From: Clostridia bacterium
GTDB taxonomy: Bacteria; Bacillota; Clostridia; Oscillospirales; Acutalibacteraceae
Direction of reading: 5' to 3'
Assembly: GCA_017428525.1 (NCBI GenBank)
Contig: JAFRQQ010000020.1
Span: forward strand, 59,535 to 123,534
DNA length: 64,000 nt
Positions 10,277 to 21,089 of the stretch are shown in pieces (position 1 is the first letter of the stretch; each line of letters opens with the position of its first letter). The notes under the pieces were generated by a model. The model did not search any database, was not told the origin of the DNA, and worked only from the letters and a program-made list of their open reading frames with translations. The position numbers and the translations under genes are program-made.

Positions 10277-12469
10277 TTATACGCCGTCCTTCTGACCGAC
10301 CGTCAGAATGATCTCCGTATCGGTGCTGTAATAGGTGCCAAGCGCGAGCATGCCGCTGCCGGACGGCGCCGGGCTCTGCGTGATCACGATGCCGTTCTGA
10401 TTGTCGTTATAGACCGTGCGGTAATCCACCGTGATATTCGTGAAGCCCGCATCTTCCAGCTCGCTCTTCGCTTCGGTTTCCGTGTCGCCGGTCACATCCG
10501 GCAGCGCCGCGCGCGTAACGGTCGGCGAAGAGTGTGTCGGATAGTCTTCATCATAGACAGTCGGCGGATCGTTCTTGAAGTTGATACGGCACGTGAAGTA
10601 TTCGCGCCCGTCAATTTCCACTGTAACCGGCACGCCGCTGCCGCTGCCATCGATTTCCAGCGTATAATTATCGCCGCTCATGCGCAGGGTCTTGGTTGTA
10701 TACAGCTCACTGTTTACCCAGACCTTGCAGATTCCCGTGTCGCCGCCGGAAGGAAGCTTGAACGTCACGGACGCGGAAGTCTGCGGCGGAATGCCGCTGC
10801 TGACCACGATGGACACCTTCGTATTCGGGAAGGCCTTCTCATCGGGATTCGGCGTCTGCTCGATCACGACGCCGGCCGCTTTCGTGCTGTTTTTCTTTGT
10901 CACTTCCGTATCATAAACCAGATTGACGCTCTCAATGATCGCCTGCGCCATCGTGGTATTCATGCCGATGACGTTCGGCACGGTGACCAGATCCTCGTCA
11001 CTGGCGTAATAGACTATGATCGTCTGGCCGCCCTCGGCCTCGGTGTTGCGCTCCGGCTCGGTCTTGATGACCGTGCCGAATTCCTCCGAAACGCTCAAGG
11101 CAGGCATGGCGTTGACCTTGAAGCCCTGGCTTTCGAGCGTATCCGTGGCGAGCTGAATCTGCATGCCGTAAACGTCGGTCACGTTGACCTTGCGGTCATT
11201 CTTGGCCACCGAGAGCTTGATCACGTTGCCGGTTTCCTTGGTCAGCTTGCTGCCGCTGCGCGGATACTGATCAAAGATCATGCCGTCGGGATAGGAGCTG
11301 TTGGCGATCGGCTCGGGATCGAAGATGAAGATGTCTTTATATTCGACCGCGTTCTGCACTTCGGTTTCATAGATCTTGCCAACGAACGTCGGCACGGTTG
11401 CAACCTGCGCCTTGAACACGTCAGTGAAGAAATAGAGGGAACCGAGCACGACCAGACCCACGAGCAGCAGACCGATGATAATGCCCGCCGCGATAAAGGA
11501 GCCTTTGCCGCGCGGCTCGTCATCGTCGTCGAATTCCTCGACAGATTCGTATTCCGGCTGCACCGCGGGCTGCGGCGTGGATTTTTTCACGTGCTTGGTC
11601 GGATCGGTGTCGACAAAATAGTTCTCCTGGAACCGGACGGTGGGATTGCGCTTGAACTCCTCAAGATCCAGCAGCATCTCCGCAGCGGACTGATAGCGGT
11701 CCTTCGCGTTCTTCTGCATGGCGCGAATGACAATCTGCTCAAGCCCCGCGGGAATATCCTTGTTGATGTCGCGCGGACGTTTCGGATCCTCCTGCAGCTG
11801 CATGAGCGCGACGGAAACGGAATTATCCGATTCAAACGGCAGACGGCCGGTGAGCATCTCATACATCACAACGCCGACGGAATAGATATCCGCGCGTTCG
11901 TCGGTCGCGTCGCCGCGCGCCTGCTCGGGGCTGATATAATGCACCGAACCGATGGCGCCGTCCGTCATGGTCTTGGTATCGCTGTAGCTGAAGCGGGCGA
12001 TGCCGAAATCCGTGACCTTGATATTGCCGTTGGAAAGCAGCAGGATATTCTGCGGCTTGATATCGCGGTGAACGATGCCCTTGTCATGCGCATGCTGCAG
12101 CGCGCGGAGGATCTGCGTGGTGAAATACACGGTCTCCTTCACGCCGAGCTTGCCCTGCTGCTCAATATACTCCTTGAGCGTGATGCCCTCGACATACTCC
12201 ATCACGATATACTGCAGACGATCCCCGTAGTTGACGTTGAACACCTTCACGATATTCGGATGCGAGAGCACCGCGATCGCCTTGGATTCATTCTTGAAGC
12301 GGCGGCGGAACTCCTCGTTCGCGAGGTATTCATCCTTGAGAATCTTCACCGCAACCGTGCGGTCGTCGATGTTATCATACGCCTTGTAGACGACCGCCAT
12401 GCCGCCGACGCCGATAACCTCCTGGATTTCGTAGCGTCCGTCCAGACGCTTGCCGGTATAATTATCCAT
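10277..12469 (-). CDS. prkC: PASTA-domain Ser/Thr kinase PrkC/PknB
   Basis: GVGGMAVVY, VAVK, HRDIKPQN, DFGIAR, one TM helix, four PASTA-like repeats; start set at MDNYTG behind a GGAAAGG RBS. Confidence 0.95.
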   Translation of the reverse strand: MDNYTGKRLDGRYEIQEVIGVGGMAVVYKAYDNIDDRTVAVKILKDEYLANEEFRRRFKNESKAIAVLSHPNIVKVFNVNYGDRLQYIVMEYVEGITLKEYIEQQGKLGVKETVYFTTQILRALQHAHDKGIVHRDIKPQNILLLSNGNIKVTDFGIARFSYSDTKTMTDGAIGSVHYISPEQARGDATDERADIYSVGVVMYEMLTGRLPFESDNSVSVALMQLQEDPKRPRDINKDIPAGLEQIVIRAMQKNAKDRYQSAAEMLLDLEEFKRNPTVRFQENYFVDTDPTKHVKKSTPQPAVQPEYESVEEFDDDDEPRGKGSFIAAGIIIGLLLVGLVVLGSLYFFTDVFKAQVATVPTFVGKIYETEVQNAVEYKDIFIFDPEPIANSSYPDGMIFDQYPRSGSKLTKETGNVIKLSVAKNDRKVNVTDVYGMQIQLATDTLESQGFKVNAMPALSVSEEFGTVIKTEPERNTEAEGGQTIIVYYASDEDLVTVPNVIGMNTTMAQAIIESVNLVYDTEVTKKNSTKAAGVVIEQTPNPDEKAFPNTKVSIVVSSGIPPQTSASVTFKLPSGGDTGICKVWVNSELYTTKTLRMSGDNYTLEIDGSGSGVPVTVEIDGREYFTCRINFKNDPPTVYDEDYPTHSSPTVTRAALPDVTGDTETEAKSELEDAGFTNITVDYRTVYNDNQNGIVITQSPAPSGSGMLALGTYYSTDTEIILTVGQKDGV

Positions 12470-12500
12470 CGTATCAACCTTTCCTTTCCATCCGACAGAA

Positions 12501-13229
12501 TTATTTCTCAATGATCACAACGGTGATATTATCGCCGCCGCCGTTGCTGTTGGCAAGATCCACCAGCCGATCACAGTAGCGATGATATTCGCCGTCCGAC
12601 GTGCAGTTGACAAGATCGGCGGGCGTTGTGTAATTCGTCAGCCCGTCCGTGCAGATCAGCAGCAATTCGCCATCCTCCAGCGGCTCCTGGCAAAAATCGA
12701 TCTTCGGTGTATTCTCAACGCCCAGAGCGCTGGTGATGATGTGTTTCTGCGGATGGGTCACTGCTTCTTCCGGCGTGATTTCGCCGTTTTCCACCATCCG
12801 CTGCACCACGGAATGATCCCGTGTGAGCTGAATCGGCACGCCGTCGGCAATGCGGTATGCGCGGCTGTCGCCTGCGTGCGCAATAAAGGCATAGTCCTCG
12901 TTCACAATGACCGCCACGGCCGTCGTGCCCATGCCTTCGTTTGCCTGATCGCTGAGAGAAAGCGCATAGATTTCCTTGTTGGCAAGCTCAATCGTGGAAA
13001 CCAGCAGGCTCTTGATCGATAAATCGCTCATGCCCGCGCGATAGGCAGACAGCAGCCGCTCACGCATGGTTTTGACCGCGGTGCTGCTGGCCAGCGCTCC
13101 GGCCTGCGCACCGCCCATGCCGTCACAGACCAGCGCGTAGACCGCGCCGCCTGCCAGCTCGCCCGCCGCATACGCATCCTGGTTTTCCTCGCGTTTGCGT
13201 CCGAGATCGGACTTGGATGAGATAATCAT
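12501..13229 (-). CDS. prpC: PP2C-family Ser/Thr phosphatase PrpC/Stp1
   Basis: GRKREENQD, VCDGMGG, HAGDSRAY, CTDGLT, GGGDNIT. Confidence 0.95.
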   Translation of the reverse strand: MIISSKSDLGRKREENQDAYAAGELAGGAVYALVCDGMGGAQAGALASSTAVKTMRERLLSAYRAGMSDLSIKSLLVSTIELANKEIYALSLSDQANEGMGTTAVAVIVNEDYAFIAHAGDSRAYRIADGVPIQLTRDHSVVQRMVENGEITPEEAVTHPQKHIITSALGVENTPKIDFCQEPLEDGELLLICTDGLTNYTTPADLVNCTSDGEYHRYCDRLVDLANSNGGGDNITVVIIEK

Positions 13230-14281
13230 ATTGGCTCTCCCCCTTCAGAGTGATGTGCTTGTTCTCTTCTGCGCAGCTGCCCGCAGGAAGCGTCGATATC
13301 GCTGCCGAGCTTTCTGCGCACGGTTGCGTTGATGCCTTCGCGCGCGAGCAAATCGGCAAATCGCCGCACGCGCTCCGGCGCGCTGGGATGAAACGGGCTT
13401 TCCGCCACCTCGTTGACCGGAATCAGATTCACGTGGCAGAGGATGCCCTGCAGCCGCTGCGCGAGCTCGAGCGCGCACGCGTCGCTGTCGTTGACCCCGG
13501 CGAGCATCGCGTATTCAAAGGAGATGCGGCGGGAGGTCGCGGCCGCGTAATCGCGGCAGGCTGCCAGCAGCTGTTCGATCGGGTATCTGCGGTTGACCGG
13601 CATAAGCCGATCGCGCAGTTCATTATTCGGCGCGTGGAGCGACACTGACAGCGTCAGCTGCAGATGCCGCGCCTGCAGCGCCCGGATCTGCGGCACCAGG
13701 CCGCAGGTGGACAGCGAAATATTTCGCATGGAAAGATGCCGGCCGTTCTCGTCGTTGACCAGATCGAGAAACCGCATCACATTGTCATAATTATCCAGCG
13801 GCTCGCCCATACCCATGAGCACGATGTGGGAAATCTGCACCCCGAGCGCACGCTCCGCGGTATAAAGCTGCGAGAGCATTTCGCCGGCAGTCAGGCAGCG
13901 CCGGAAGCCGCCGAGCGTGGACGCGCAGAACGCGCAGCCCATTTTGCAGCCGATCTGTGAAGAAATGCAGATGGTCGCGCCGTATTTATATTGCATCACG
14001 ACGCTTTCGGCATAATCGCCGCCCTGCATGGCAAAGAGGAATTTGACCGTGCCGTCCTGCTTTGAAACCTGCTGCCGCGCGATGCTGCAACCGATGATCG
14101 GATAGCTTTCAGCGAGCGTTTCCCGCAGGGCTTTCGGCAGATTCGTCATCTCGGCGTAATCCGCCGCGCCGTGCTGATGCAGCCACTGAAACACCTGCTT
14201 TGCGCGGAACGCCGGCAGGCCGGCGCCGGTCAGCGTTTCCTTCAGCTCCGGCAGCGTCATGGAGAGCAGATCGCCGCTCAT
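13226..14281 (-). CDS. rlmN: 23S rRNA m2A2503 methyltransferase RlmN
   Basis: CISSQIGCKMGCAFCAST, MGMGEP, ASCGQL. Confidence 0.96.
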   Translation of the reverse strand: MSGDLLSMTLPELKETLTGAGLPAFRAKQVFQWLHQHGAADYAEMTNLPKALRETLAESYPIIGCSIARQQVSKQDGTVKFLFAMQGGDYAESVVMQYKYGATICISSQIGCKMGCAFCASTLGGFRRCLTAGEMLSQLYTAERALGVQISHIVLMGMGEPLDNYDNVMRFLDLVNDENGRHLSMRNISLSTCGLVPQIRALQARHLQLTLSVSLHAPNNELRDRLMPVNRRYPIEQLLAACRDYAAATSRRISFEYAMLAGVNDSDACALELAQRLQGILCHVNLIPVNEVAESPFHPSAPERVRRFADLLAREGINATVRRKLGSDIDASCGQLRRREQAHHSEGGEPI

Positions 14282-15609
14282 GCGCCGCCTCCGTCTTTAT
14301 CGAACACGGCAATGAAGAAGCCGTCCGTCCCGTGCACCTGCGGCATCAGCGTCAGATACGGCGTTGTGTCAATCCGCGGAATTTCCGGCAAAACGTGCAC
14401 TGCATGATAGGCCGGGTGCTCCGCCAAGAAGCGGTCGCACACGCCTTGATTCTCCGCCGGATTCAGCGTGCAGGTGGAATACACCAGCCGCCCGCCGTCC
14501 TTGAGATGCTGCGTCGCGTTGCAAAGAATACGATACTGCAAATCCGGCAAATTGTCAATCTCTCCGCGCTGCTTGAACCGGATTTCCGGCTTGCGGCGCA
14601 GGATGCCGAGCCCGGAGCACGGCACGTCGCAGAGCACGCGGTCGGCCATGCCGTAGTTTTCGTTATAAATCGTTGCGTCGGATAAGTAGGCGTAGACGTT
14701 CTGCAGACCCAGCCGCTGCGCGCCGGAGCGAATCAGCTCCACGCGGGACTGATACACGTCAAACGCGCGGATGCAGCCGGTATTCTGCATGCGTTCCGCC
14801 ATGGTGAAGGTCTTGCCGCCGGGCGCCGCGCACAGATCGAACACGGTCTCGCGCGGCTGCGGGTCCACCGCCGCGCAGCACAGCTGCGACGCGAGGTCCT
14901 GCACATGAAACAGACCTTCCTGATAAGCGGTCATGCGGTCGATCGAAACGCCGTTGGAGAGGATCAGCGCCTCCGGCAGCAGCGGGGCATGCTCGGAGAT
15001 CGCGCCGTCCTCCGCCAGACGCCAGATCAGCGCGTCCGCGTCCATTTTCACCGTATTGGTGCGGATCGTCAGCGGCGCGGGCTCGAGTGCGGCCTGCGCG
15101 AGCGCAAGCGCGGTCTCCCGCCCGTAAGCGTCGATCCAAAGCGAAAGAATCCACTCGGGGCAGGAATACTTGATCGCGAGGTAATTTGTGTCGTTTTCGT
15201 CGCTTTGCGGCAGTTGCAGGCCCTGCTCGGCCATGCGGCGCAGCACGGCGTTGACCATGGAAGCGGCAAAGCGGGATTTATTGACCTTGGCCAGCTCCAC
15301 GCTTTCGTTGACGGCGGCGCGGGCGGGCACCTTGTCCATAAACAGCAGCTGATATGCGCCCATGCGCAGCACGGTATGCAGCTCCGGCTTGAGCTTGCGC
15401 ACCGGCTGGGTCAGATATAAGCCGAGATTATAGTCAATCTGAATTTGATGATCCAGCGTGCCGTAAACCAGATTGCTCACAAACGCGCGGTCGCGTTCCT
15501 CGAGCTCCGGGTTATCTTTCAACGCGCTGTCCAGCGCCAGGTTGGAATAGGCGCCGTCGCGCTGGATCTTCAGCAGCGCTTCAAAAGCGATCTGCCTTGG
15601 GTTCTTCAT
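14278..15609 (-). CDS. rsmB: 16S rRNA m5C967 methyltransferase RsmB/Sun
   Basis: NusB-like N-terminus, DLCAAPGGKT, DVPCSGLG, YSTCTL. Confidence 0.95.
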   Translation of the reverse strand: MKNPRQIAFEALLKIQRDGAYSNLALDSALKDNPELEERDRAFVSNLVYGTLDHQIQIDYNLGLYLTQPVRKLKPELHTVLRMGAYQLLFMDKVPARAAVNESVELAKVNKSRFAASMVNAVLRRMAEQGLQLPQSDENDTNYLAIKYSCPEWILSLWIDAYGRETALALAQAALEPAPLTIRTNTVKMDADALIWRLAEDGAISEHAPLLPEALILSNGVSIDRMTAYQEGLFHVQDLASQLCCAAVDPQPRETVFDLCAAPGGKTFTMAERMQNTGCIRAFDVYQSRVELIRSGAQRLGLQNVYAYLSDATIYNENYGMADRVLCDVPCSGLGILRRKPEIRFKQRGEIDNLPDLQYRILCNATQHLKDGGRLVYSTCTLNPAENQGVCDRFLAEHPAYHAVHVLPEIPRIDTTPYLTLMPQVHGTDGFFIAVFDKDGGGA

Positions 15610-15626
15610 AGTGTCGTTCCTTTCCT

Positions 15627-16334
15627 TCAGCGCCGCTGACTGCGGCCGAAGCGCAGAATCAGGCGCAGGAGATTTGCAAGCGCGACGATCATTGAGGCGA
15701 CATAGGTCATCGCCGCAGCGCGCAGCACGGATTTCGCGCCGCCGATCTCATCATCATAAAGCAGCTGCGTTTCATCGATCACCTTGATCGCGCGGCGGCT
15801 GGCGTTGAATTCCACCGGGAGCGTGATCAGATGGAAGGCGAAGATCAGGCCGTAGAGGGCCAGACCGATCAGAATCAGCGGCTGGAAGCCGAGAAAATAA
15901 CCGACGATCGCCAGCGGGATACCGAGCGAGGAGCCGATTTTGCACACGGGCAGCAGCGAATTGCGCACCGTGATCGGCGCATACCCCTCCGCGTGCTGCG
16001 CGGCGTGACCGGCTTCATGGCAGGCGATGCCGACTGCGGCAACGGAGGTGCTGCCGAAGACGCCGTCCGACAGGCGGATCACCTTAGCGCTCGGATCAAA
16101 ATGATCGGTGAGATTGCCGGCGATGCGCTCGATGCGCACATCGGTGATCCCGTAATAACGCAGGATCGCCTCCGCCGCGGCAGCGCCGGTCAGCCCGCGC
16201 GCATTCTGCACGCCGGAATACTTTTTATAAGTAGACTTCACGCCGATCTGCGCAACGATCGAAAGAATCATTGCGGGAATGACCAGCAGGATATACCAGG
16301 AATCAAACAGGTTGTAGAAATTCATTCCGTTCAT
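15627..16334 (-). CDS. Membrane zinc metallopeptidase (YugP/Zn_peptidase_2 family)
   Basis: LTDHFDP, ACHEAGHAAQH, TLPVEFNASRRA, AAAMTYVA. Confidence 0.88.
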   Translation of the reverse strand: MNGMNFYNLFDSWYILLVIPAMILSIVAQIGVKSTYKKYSGVQNARGLTGAAAAEAILRYYGITDVRIERIAGNLTDHFDPSAKVIRLSDGVFGSTSVAAVGIACHEAGHAAQHAEGYAPITVRNSLLPVCKIGSSLGIPLAIVGYFLGFQPLILIGLALYGLIFAFHLITLPVEFNASRRAIKVIDETQLLYDDEIGGAKSVLRAAAMTYVASMIVALANLLRLILRFGRSQRR

Positions 16335-16347
16335 CGTAAAACCTCCT

Positions 16348-17286
16348 TCAGAGGGATTCGCCGCCGAACCGATCGCCGACCGTGACGGGATTGCCGCGCA
16401 GGAAGTCCGCCGCGGACATTGCGCGCTTGCCCTGCGCCTGCAGCTCGGTGATTTCAAGGCAGCCGCCGTCGCCGCACACGACAATCAGCCTTTTGTCGGC
16501 CGCGAGCACCGTCCCCAGCGCGCCGTCCGCCGTCTGATCAAGCAGCCGGCTCTGATGCAGCTTGACGGTTTTGCCGCTCAGCTGCGCCGTCGCGCCCGGC
16601 CAGGGCGACAGACCGCGGATCTGATCGTGAATCTGCCGCGCCGTGCGGCGCCAGTCCACGGGCGAAAGCGCCTTTGAAAGCATCGGCGCATAGGTGAATT
16701 CCGCAGGCTGCGGCGTGCGGGTCAGCGTGCCGGCCTGCAGCGCTGCAAGCGTTTCCTCGAGCACGTCCGCGCCCAGCTGCGAAAGCCGTTCGCTCAGCGC
16801 GCCGGCGGTTTCATCCGGATCGATCGCGAGCGTGCGGGAGAGCAGCATATCGCCGGTATCGAGCCCGGCGTCCATCTGCATGGCGGTCACGCCGGTTTCA
16901 TCGAAGCCGTTCAGGATGGACCACTGAATCGGCGCCGCGCCGCGCAGCTGCGGCAGGAGCGAAGCGTGAATGTTGATGCAGCCACAGGGCGGCACATCCA
17001 AAAGCGCCTGCGGCAGGATTTTCCCGTAAGCGACCACGATCACCAGCTCTGGTGCGGCCGCCTGCAGGAGCTCCAGCGCCGTGCCGTCGCGCATTTTATC
17101 GGGCTGATAAACCGGCAGACCGTGCGCGAGCGCGAGCGTCTTGACCGGCGGCGGCGTCAGAATGCCGTGGCGGCCCTGCGGTTTATCCGGCTGGGTGAAC
17201 ACGCCGGTCACCGTGTGCCCGAGGTCCAGCAGACGCTGCAGGCAGGGCACGGCAAACGCGGGCGTGCCCATAAAGACAATTCTCAT
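16348..17286 (-). CDS. fmt: Methionyl-tRNA formyltransferase
   Basis: MRIVFMGTP.FA, VVAYGKIL, NIHASLLP.LRGAAPIQW, MDAGLDTG. Confidence 0.97.
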   Translation of the reverse strand: MRIVFMGTPAFAVPCLQRLLDLGHTVTGVFTQPDKPQGRHGILTPPPVKTLALAHGLPVYQPDKMRDGTALELLQAAAPELVIVVAYGKILPQALLDVPPCGCINIHASLLPQLRGAAPIQWSILNGFDETGVTAMQMDAGLDTGDMLLSRTLAIDPDETAGALSERLSQLGADVLEETLAALQAGTLTRTPQPAEFTYAPMLSKALSPVDWRRTARQIHDQIRGLSPWPGATAQLSGKTVKLHQSRLLDQTADGALGTVLAADKRLIVVCGDGGCLEITELQAQGKRAMSAADFLRGNPVTVGDRFGGESL

Positions 17287-17738
17287 GTCACAGGCTCCTT
17301 TTTGATCACGCGGGTGGTGAAGACGATGCCGTCGAGGTGATCGATCTCATGGCAGAAGCAGCGCGCTTTCAGCTCAGTGCCTTTATAGACGCACCACTTG
17401 CCGTTGCGGTCCTGCGCCTTGACCTGCACAGAAGCAGGGCGGCAGGTCACGCCGCTCCGGCCGGGAAAGGACAGGCAGCCCTCTTCCGCGAACTGCTCGC
17501 CTTCGCGCACGGTGATCTCCGGATTGATCAGCTCGAGATAGCCGTCGCCGCAATCCATGACCACAACGCGGCGCAGCACGCCGACCTGCACGGCGGCCAG
17601 GCCGACGCCGTTGGCGGCGTACATGGTTTCCTTCATATCGTCGAGCAGCATCCAAAGCCGCGCGTCAAACTTCTCGACCGGTCGGGATGTTTTCAGCAGG
17701 ATCGGATCTCCGTCCTTCACGATGTTTCTCAATGCCAT
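17283..17738 (-). CDS. def: Peptide deformylase
   Basis: GVGLAAVQVG, EGCLS, HEIDHLDG. Confidence 0.97.
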   Translation of the reverse strand: MALRNIVKDGDPILLKTSRPVEKFDARLWMLLDDMKETMYAANGVGLAAVQVGVLRRVVVMDCGDGYLELINPEITVREGEQFAEEGCLSFPGRSGVTCRPASVQVKAQDRNGKWCVYKGTELKARCFCHEIDHLDGIVFTTRVIKKEPVT

Positions 17739-17801
17739 GGCGATTCCTCATTTCCCCCATCCGGGGCGTGTTGATCTTCGTTTGCAGTCAGAACAATACT
17801 A

Positions 17802-20243
17802 TCAGACAGCCGTATCGGGATTGATATCCGCATACACCGTCACGTCGGCAAAGCGGCTGTCCTTGCCGACCGTGCGCAGCAGCTGCGCGATCATCGCGCG
17901 CAGGCGGCGGGAATTTCTGCATTTCAGAATCAGACGGTAGCGGTATTTATTGCTGATTTTTGCGATCCGCGCCGGCATCGGGCCGAGCACGATCAGCTTC
18001 TGATCGGAGAATGCATCCGCCGTCAGCTGCCGGACCACGTCGAGCGCGTTGTGCGCGGCCGCCTTGACGAGCGTTTCCTGCGCGCCGGTCACGCCGATCA
18101 CACACAGATCGCAGTAAGGCGGATAGATCAGGCTTTTGCGCAGACGGATCTCCGTGCGGTAAAACGCTTCGTAATCCTGGAGCGCCGCCAGCCGAATAAT
18201 TTCATTCTCGGGTGTGAGCGTCTGGATGATCGCGCGCCCGGCGGATGCGCCGCGGCCGGAGCGGCCGACGACCTGCGTGAGCAGCGAAAAGGTTTTTTCC
18301 AGCGCGCGGTAATCATCGTTATACAGCTGCTGATCGACCGACACCACGCCGACGAGCGTGACATTCGGGAAATTCAGGCCCTTTGCCACCATCTGCGTGC
18401 CGACCATGATGTCGTATTCTCCGTTTGCGAAGGCGGAAAGCAGCTGCTCGTGGGAATTGCGCCCGGCGGTGGAATCAGTATCCATGCGCACGATCCGCGC
18501 CTGCGGCAGCAGCCGCGCAAGCGAATCCTCCACATGCTGCGTGCCGAAGCCCGCGTAGCGCACGGCGCTCTCGCCGCATTGCGGGCAAACGCCGGTGAAC
18601 GGCACGGAATAGCCGCAGTAATGGCACATCAGCCGTCCGTTTGCGGCATGATAGGTCATGGAGATGCTGCAGTGCGGGCAGGTCACGACCTCGCCGCAGG
18701 CCTCGCAGGCGGCAAAGGTATTGTAGCCGCGGCGGTTGATCAGCAGGATCGACTGCTTGCCGGCGGTCAGATTCTCCTCGAGCGCGGTCAGCAGCGTGCG
18801 GCTGAGCTCCCGGCTCTCGGGCACGGTTTCGGCATGCCGCATATCCACGGTCACAACCTCGGGCAGCTCGGCGCTGCCGTAGCGGTCGGTCAGCTTGCAG
18901 AGCGTATAGCGCCCGCTCTCGGCCGCGGCGAAGCTCTCCACGCGCGGCGTAGCGGAAGCTAAAAGTAGCAGGCAGTTATGGTGCGCTGCGCGAAACTTGG
19001 CAACCTCCACGGCGTCATACCGCGGGGACTGCTCGGATTTATAAGTATGCTCCTGTTCCTCGTCAATGATGATCAGGCCGAGATTCGTCAGCGGCGCGAA
19101 CACGGCGCTGCGGGTGCCGACCACGATCGTGGCCTCCCCTTTGCGCACGCGCTTCCATTCTTCCAGTCGTTCGCGCACGGAAAGCGCGCTGTGAAAGACC
19201 GCGACGCGATCGCCGTATCGGCGGCAGAAAAGCGCGAGCGTCTGCGGCGTCAGTCCGATTTCCGGCACCATGACCAGCACGGATTTGCCACGATCCAGCA
19301 CGGCGTCGATCACGCGCAGATACACTGCGGTCTTGCCGCTGCCGGTCACGCCGTAGAGCAGCGCGGCGGCGGCCTTTTCTCCTGCGGCCAGACCGGAGAG
19401 CGTGTCAAACGCGGACTGCTGCTCCCCTGTCAGACGGATTTCACTGCGGCAGGGCGTAATGTCGCTGTAACGCGGCAGATGAATCACTTCCTGCTCGAAG
19501 CAGTCGGCAATGCCGTTTTTTACCAGCGCATTCGCCACGGCGGGCGTCAGGCCTGTGTAATAGCACAGCTCCTTGACGCTGGTCGGCCCGAGCGTTTCCA
19601 GCACCTGCATCATCATCTGCTGTTTCGCCGTCGTCTTCACGTCCGGGCGCTCCGGCCGAAGACGCAGCATGCGCACGGTCAGATCGCCCAGGCTGCGCAC
19701 GGCATCCTTGTTTGCAACGATCAGCCCGTCTTTGAGCAGGCGCTCCACGAGCTTCAGATCCTGCGGGCGCTGAATCGCCTTGAAGACAGACGGCGCTTTG
19801 ACGAAGACGCCGCGCTTGCGCAGATAGGCGAAAAATGCGGCTTCGTCGCCGGAAAGGGCCGCGAGCTTCTCGGGATTTGCGTCGGGGTTGACGGCATAGG
19901 AAGCGACGATGCGATATTGCAGACCGCTGGGCAGCATGGCCTTGACCGCTTCATAGAGCGTGCAGAATGTGCGCTCCTGCAGCATCCACACAAGGCTGAG
20001 CAGCTCAACATCCAGCAACGGCTCGGCGTCCTCGACGGAGGTCAGCTTCTTGACGCGCTTTGCGTCCGTCGTTTCCGTCACCGCGAGGATCATGCCCATG
20101 CGTCTGGCGTTGCCTGCCCCGAACGGGACGGTGACGCGCACGCCGGGCACGGCGGTTTCGATCATCGCAGGGGGAATCTGATAGTCAAACGCCTGATCAA
20201 AGCAAAACGCGGTATCGGCCACGGCGACTTTGGCGTATGGCAT
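17802..20243 (-). CDS. priA: Primosomal protein N' (PriA)
   Basis: GVTGSGKT, DEEQE, SATP, two zinc-knuckle pairs, GTQMVAKG, QVVGRSGR. Confidence 0.96.
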   Translation of the reverse strand: MPYAKVAVADTAFCFDQAFDYQIPPAMIETAVPGVRVTVPFGAGNARRMGMILAVTETTDAKRVKKLTSVEDAEPLLDVELLSLVWMLQERTFCTLYEAVKAMLPSGLQYRIVASYAVNPDANPEKLAALSGDEAAFFAYLRKRGVFVKAPSVFKAIQRPQDLKLVERLLKDGLIVANKDAVRSLGDLTVRMLRLRPERPDVKTTAKQQMMMQVLETLGPTSVKELCYYTGLTPAVANALVKNGIADCFEQEVIHLPRYSDITPCRSEIRLTGEQQSAFDTLSGLAAGEKAAAALLYGVTGSGKTAVYLRVIDAVLDRGKSVLVMVPEIGLTPQTLALFCRRYGDRVAVFHSALSVRERLEEWKRVRKGEATIVVGTRSAVFAPLTNLGLIIIDEEQEHTYKSEQSPRYDAVEVAKFRAAHHNCLLLLASATPRVESFAAAESGRYTLCKLTDRYGSAELPEVVTVDMRHAETVPESRELSRTLLTALEENLTAGKQSILLINRRGYNTFAACEACGEVVTCPHCSISMTYHAANGRLMCHYCGYSVPFTGVCPQCGESAVRYAGFGTQHVEDSLARLLPQARIVRMDTDSTAGRNSHEQLLSAFANGEYDIMVGTQMVAKGLNFPNVTLVGVVSVDQQLYNDDYRALEKTFSLLTQVVGRSGRGASAGRAIIQTLTPENEIIRLAALQDYEAFYRTEIRLRKSLIYPPYCDLCVIGVTGAQETLVKAAAHNALDVVRQLTADAFSDQKLIVLGPMPARIAKISNKYRYRLILKCRNSRRLRAMIAQLLRTVGKDSRFADVTVYADINPDTAV

Positions 20244-20275
20244 GAAGCTCCCCTCCTCTGCGACAAAACCGGCAC

Positions 20276-20485
20276 TCAGATATTCCGGATTTCCTCCGGC
20301 TCAACGATCACATAATCGCCGGACAGGATCTCCTCAAGCGCCATGCTGACCGGCTTTTCGGTGATGATTTCGTGGTTTTCTTCCGCTTCCTCCGCGATCT
20401 CACGCGCACGCTTGGCGGTGGCGGTCACAAGGGAATAACGGCTGAGATGGTTTTTGAGCACGACGCTCAGATCGGGATTAAACAT
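20276..20485 (-). CDS. rpoZ: RNA polymerase omega subunit
   Basis: SRYSLVTATAKRAREI..KPVSMALEEI; follows gmk. Confidence 0.93.
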   Translation of the reverse strand: MFNPDLSVVLKNHLSRYSLVTATAKRAREIAEEAEENHEIITEKPVSMALEEILSGDYVIVEPEEIRNI

Positions 20486-21089
20486 TATTGATTACCTCGC
20501 TGATCATAGTTTTATTTCTGCAGGTTTTCTGCTTTTCGGCGTTGATAATGGTTTCGATGCGATCCACGGCGTTTTCCACCGTGTCGTTCATCACGATATA
20601 GTCATATTCCGCAGCGCGGCGGATCTCCTCGCGCGCGATCACCAGGCGGTGCTGCAACGTTTCCTCATCCTCGCTGTTGCGCCCGCGCAGACGCGCCTCG
20701 AGCGCCGCCATGGACGGCGGCAGCAGGAAGATGCTGATCACGTCCGGATAGCGCTGACGGATCTTTTCCGCGCCCTGCACTTCGATTTCGAGAAACACGG
20801 CGTTGCCCGCGCGCAGCATTTCATCCACGGGGTCCTTCGGCGTGCCGTAGAAATTGCCGGCGTATTCGGCATATTCCAGCATCCGGTCCTCCGCGATCTT
20901 CTTTTCAAAATAGGAACGGCTCACGAAGTAGTAATGCACGCCGTCGAGCTCCTGCCCGCGCGGCTCGCGCGTGGTCATGGAAATGGAAACGCGCACATCG
21001 CTGCGCCGCTGCATCAGCGCGCCGAGCACGGTATCCTTGCCGGAGCCGGAGGGGCCGGACAGAATGATCAGAATGCCGCTGTCAATCAT
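20478..21089 (-). CDS. gmk: Guanylate kinase
   Basis: [25 protein letters not shown]. Confidence 0.97.
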   Translation of the reverse strand: MIDSGILIILSGPSGSGKDTVLGALMQRRSDVRVSISMTTREPRGQELDGVHYYFVSRSYFEKKIAEDRMLEYAEYAGNFYGTPKDPVDEMLRAGNAVFLEIEVQGAEKIRQRYPDVISIFLLPPSMAALEARLRGRNSEDEETLQHRLVIAREEIRRAAEYDYIVMNDTVENAVDRIETIINAEKQKTCRNKTMISEVINNV

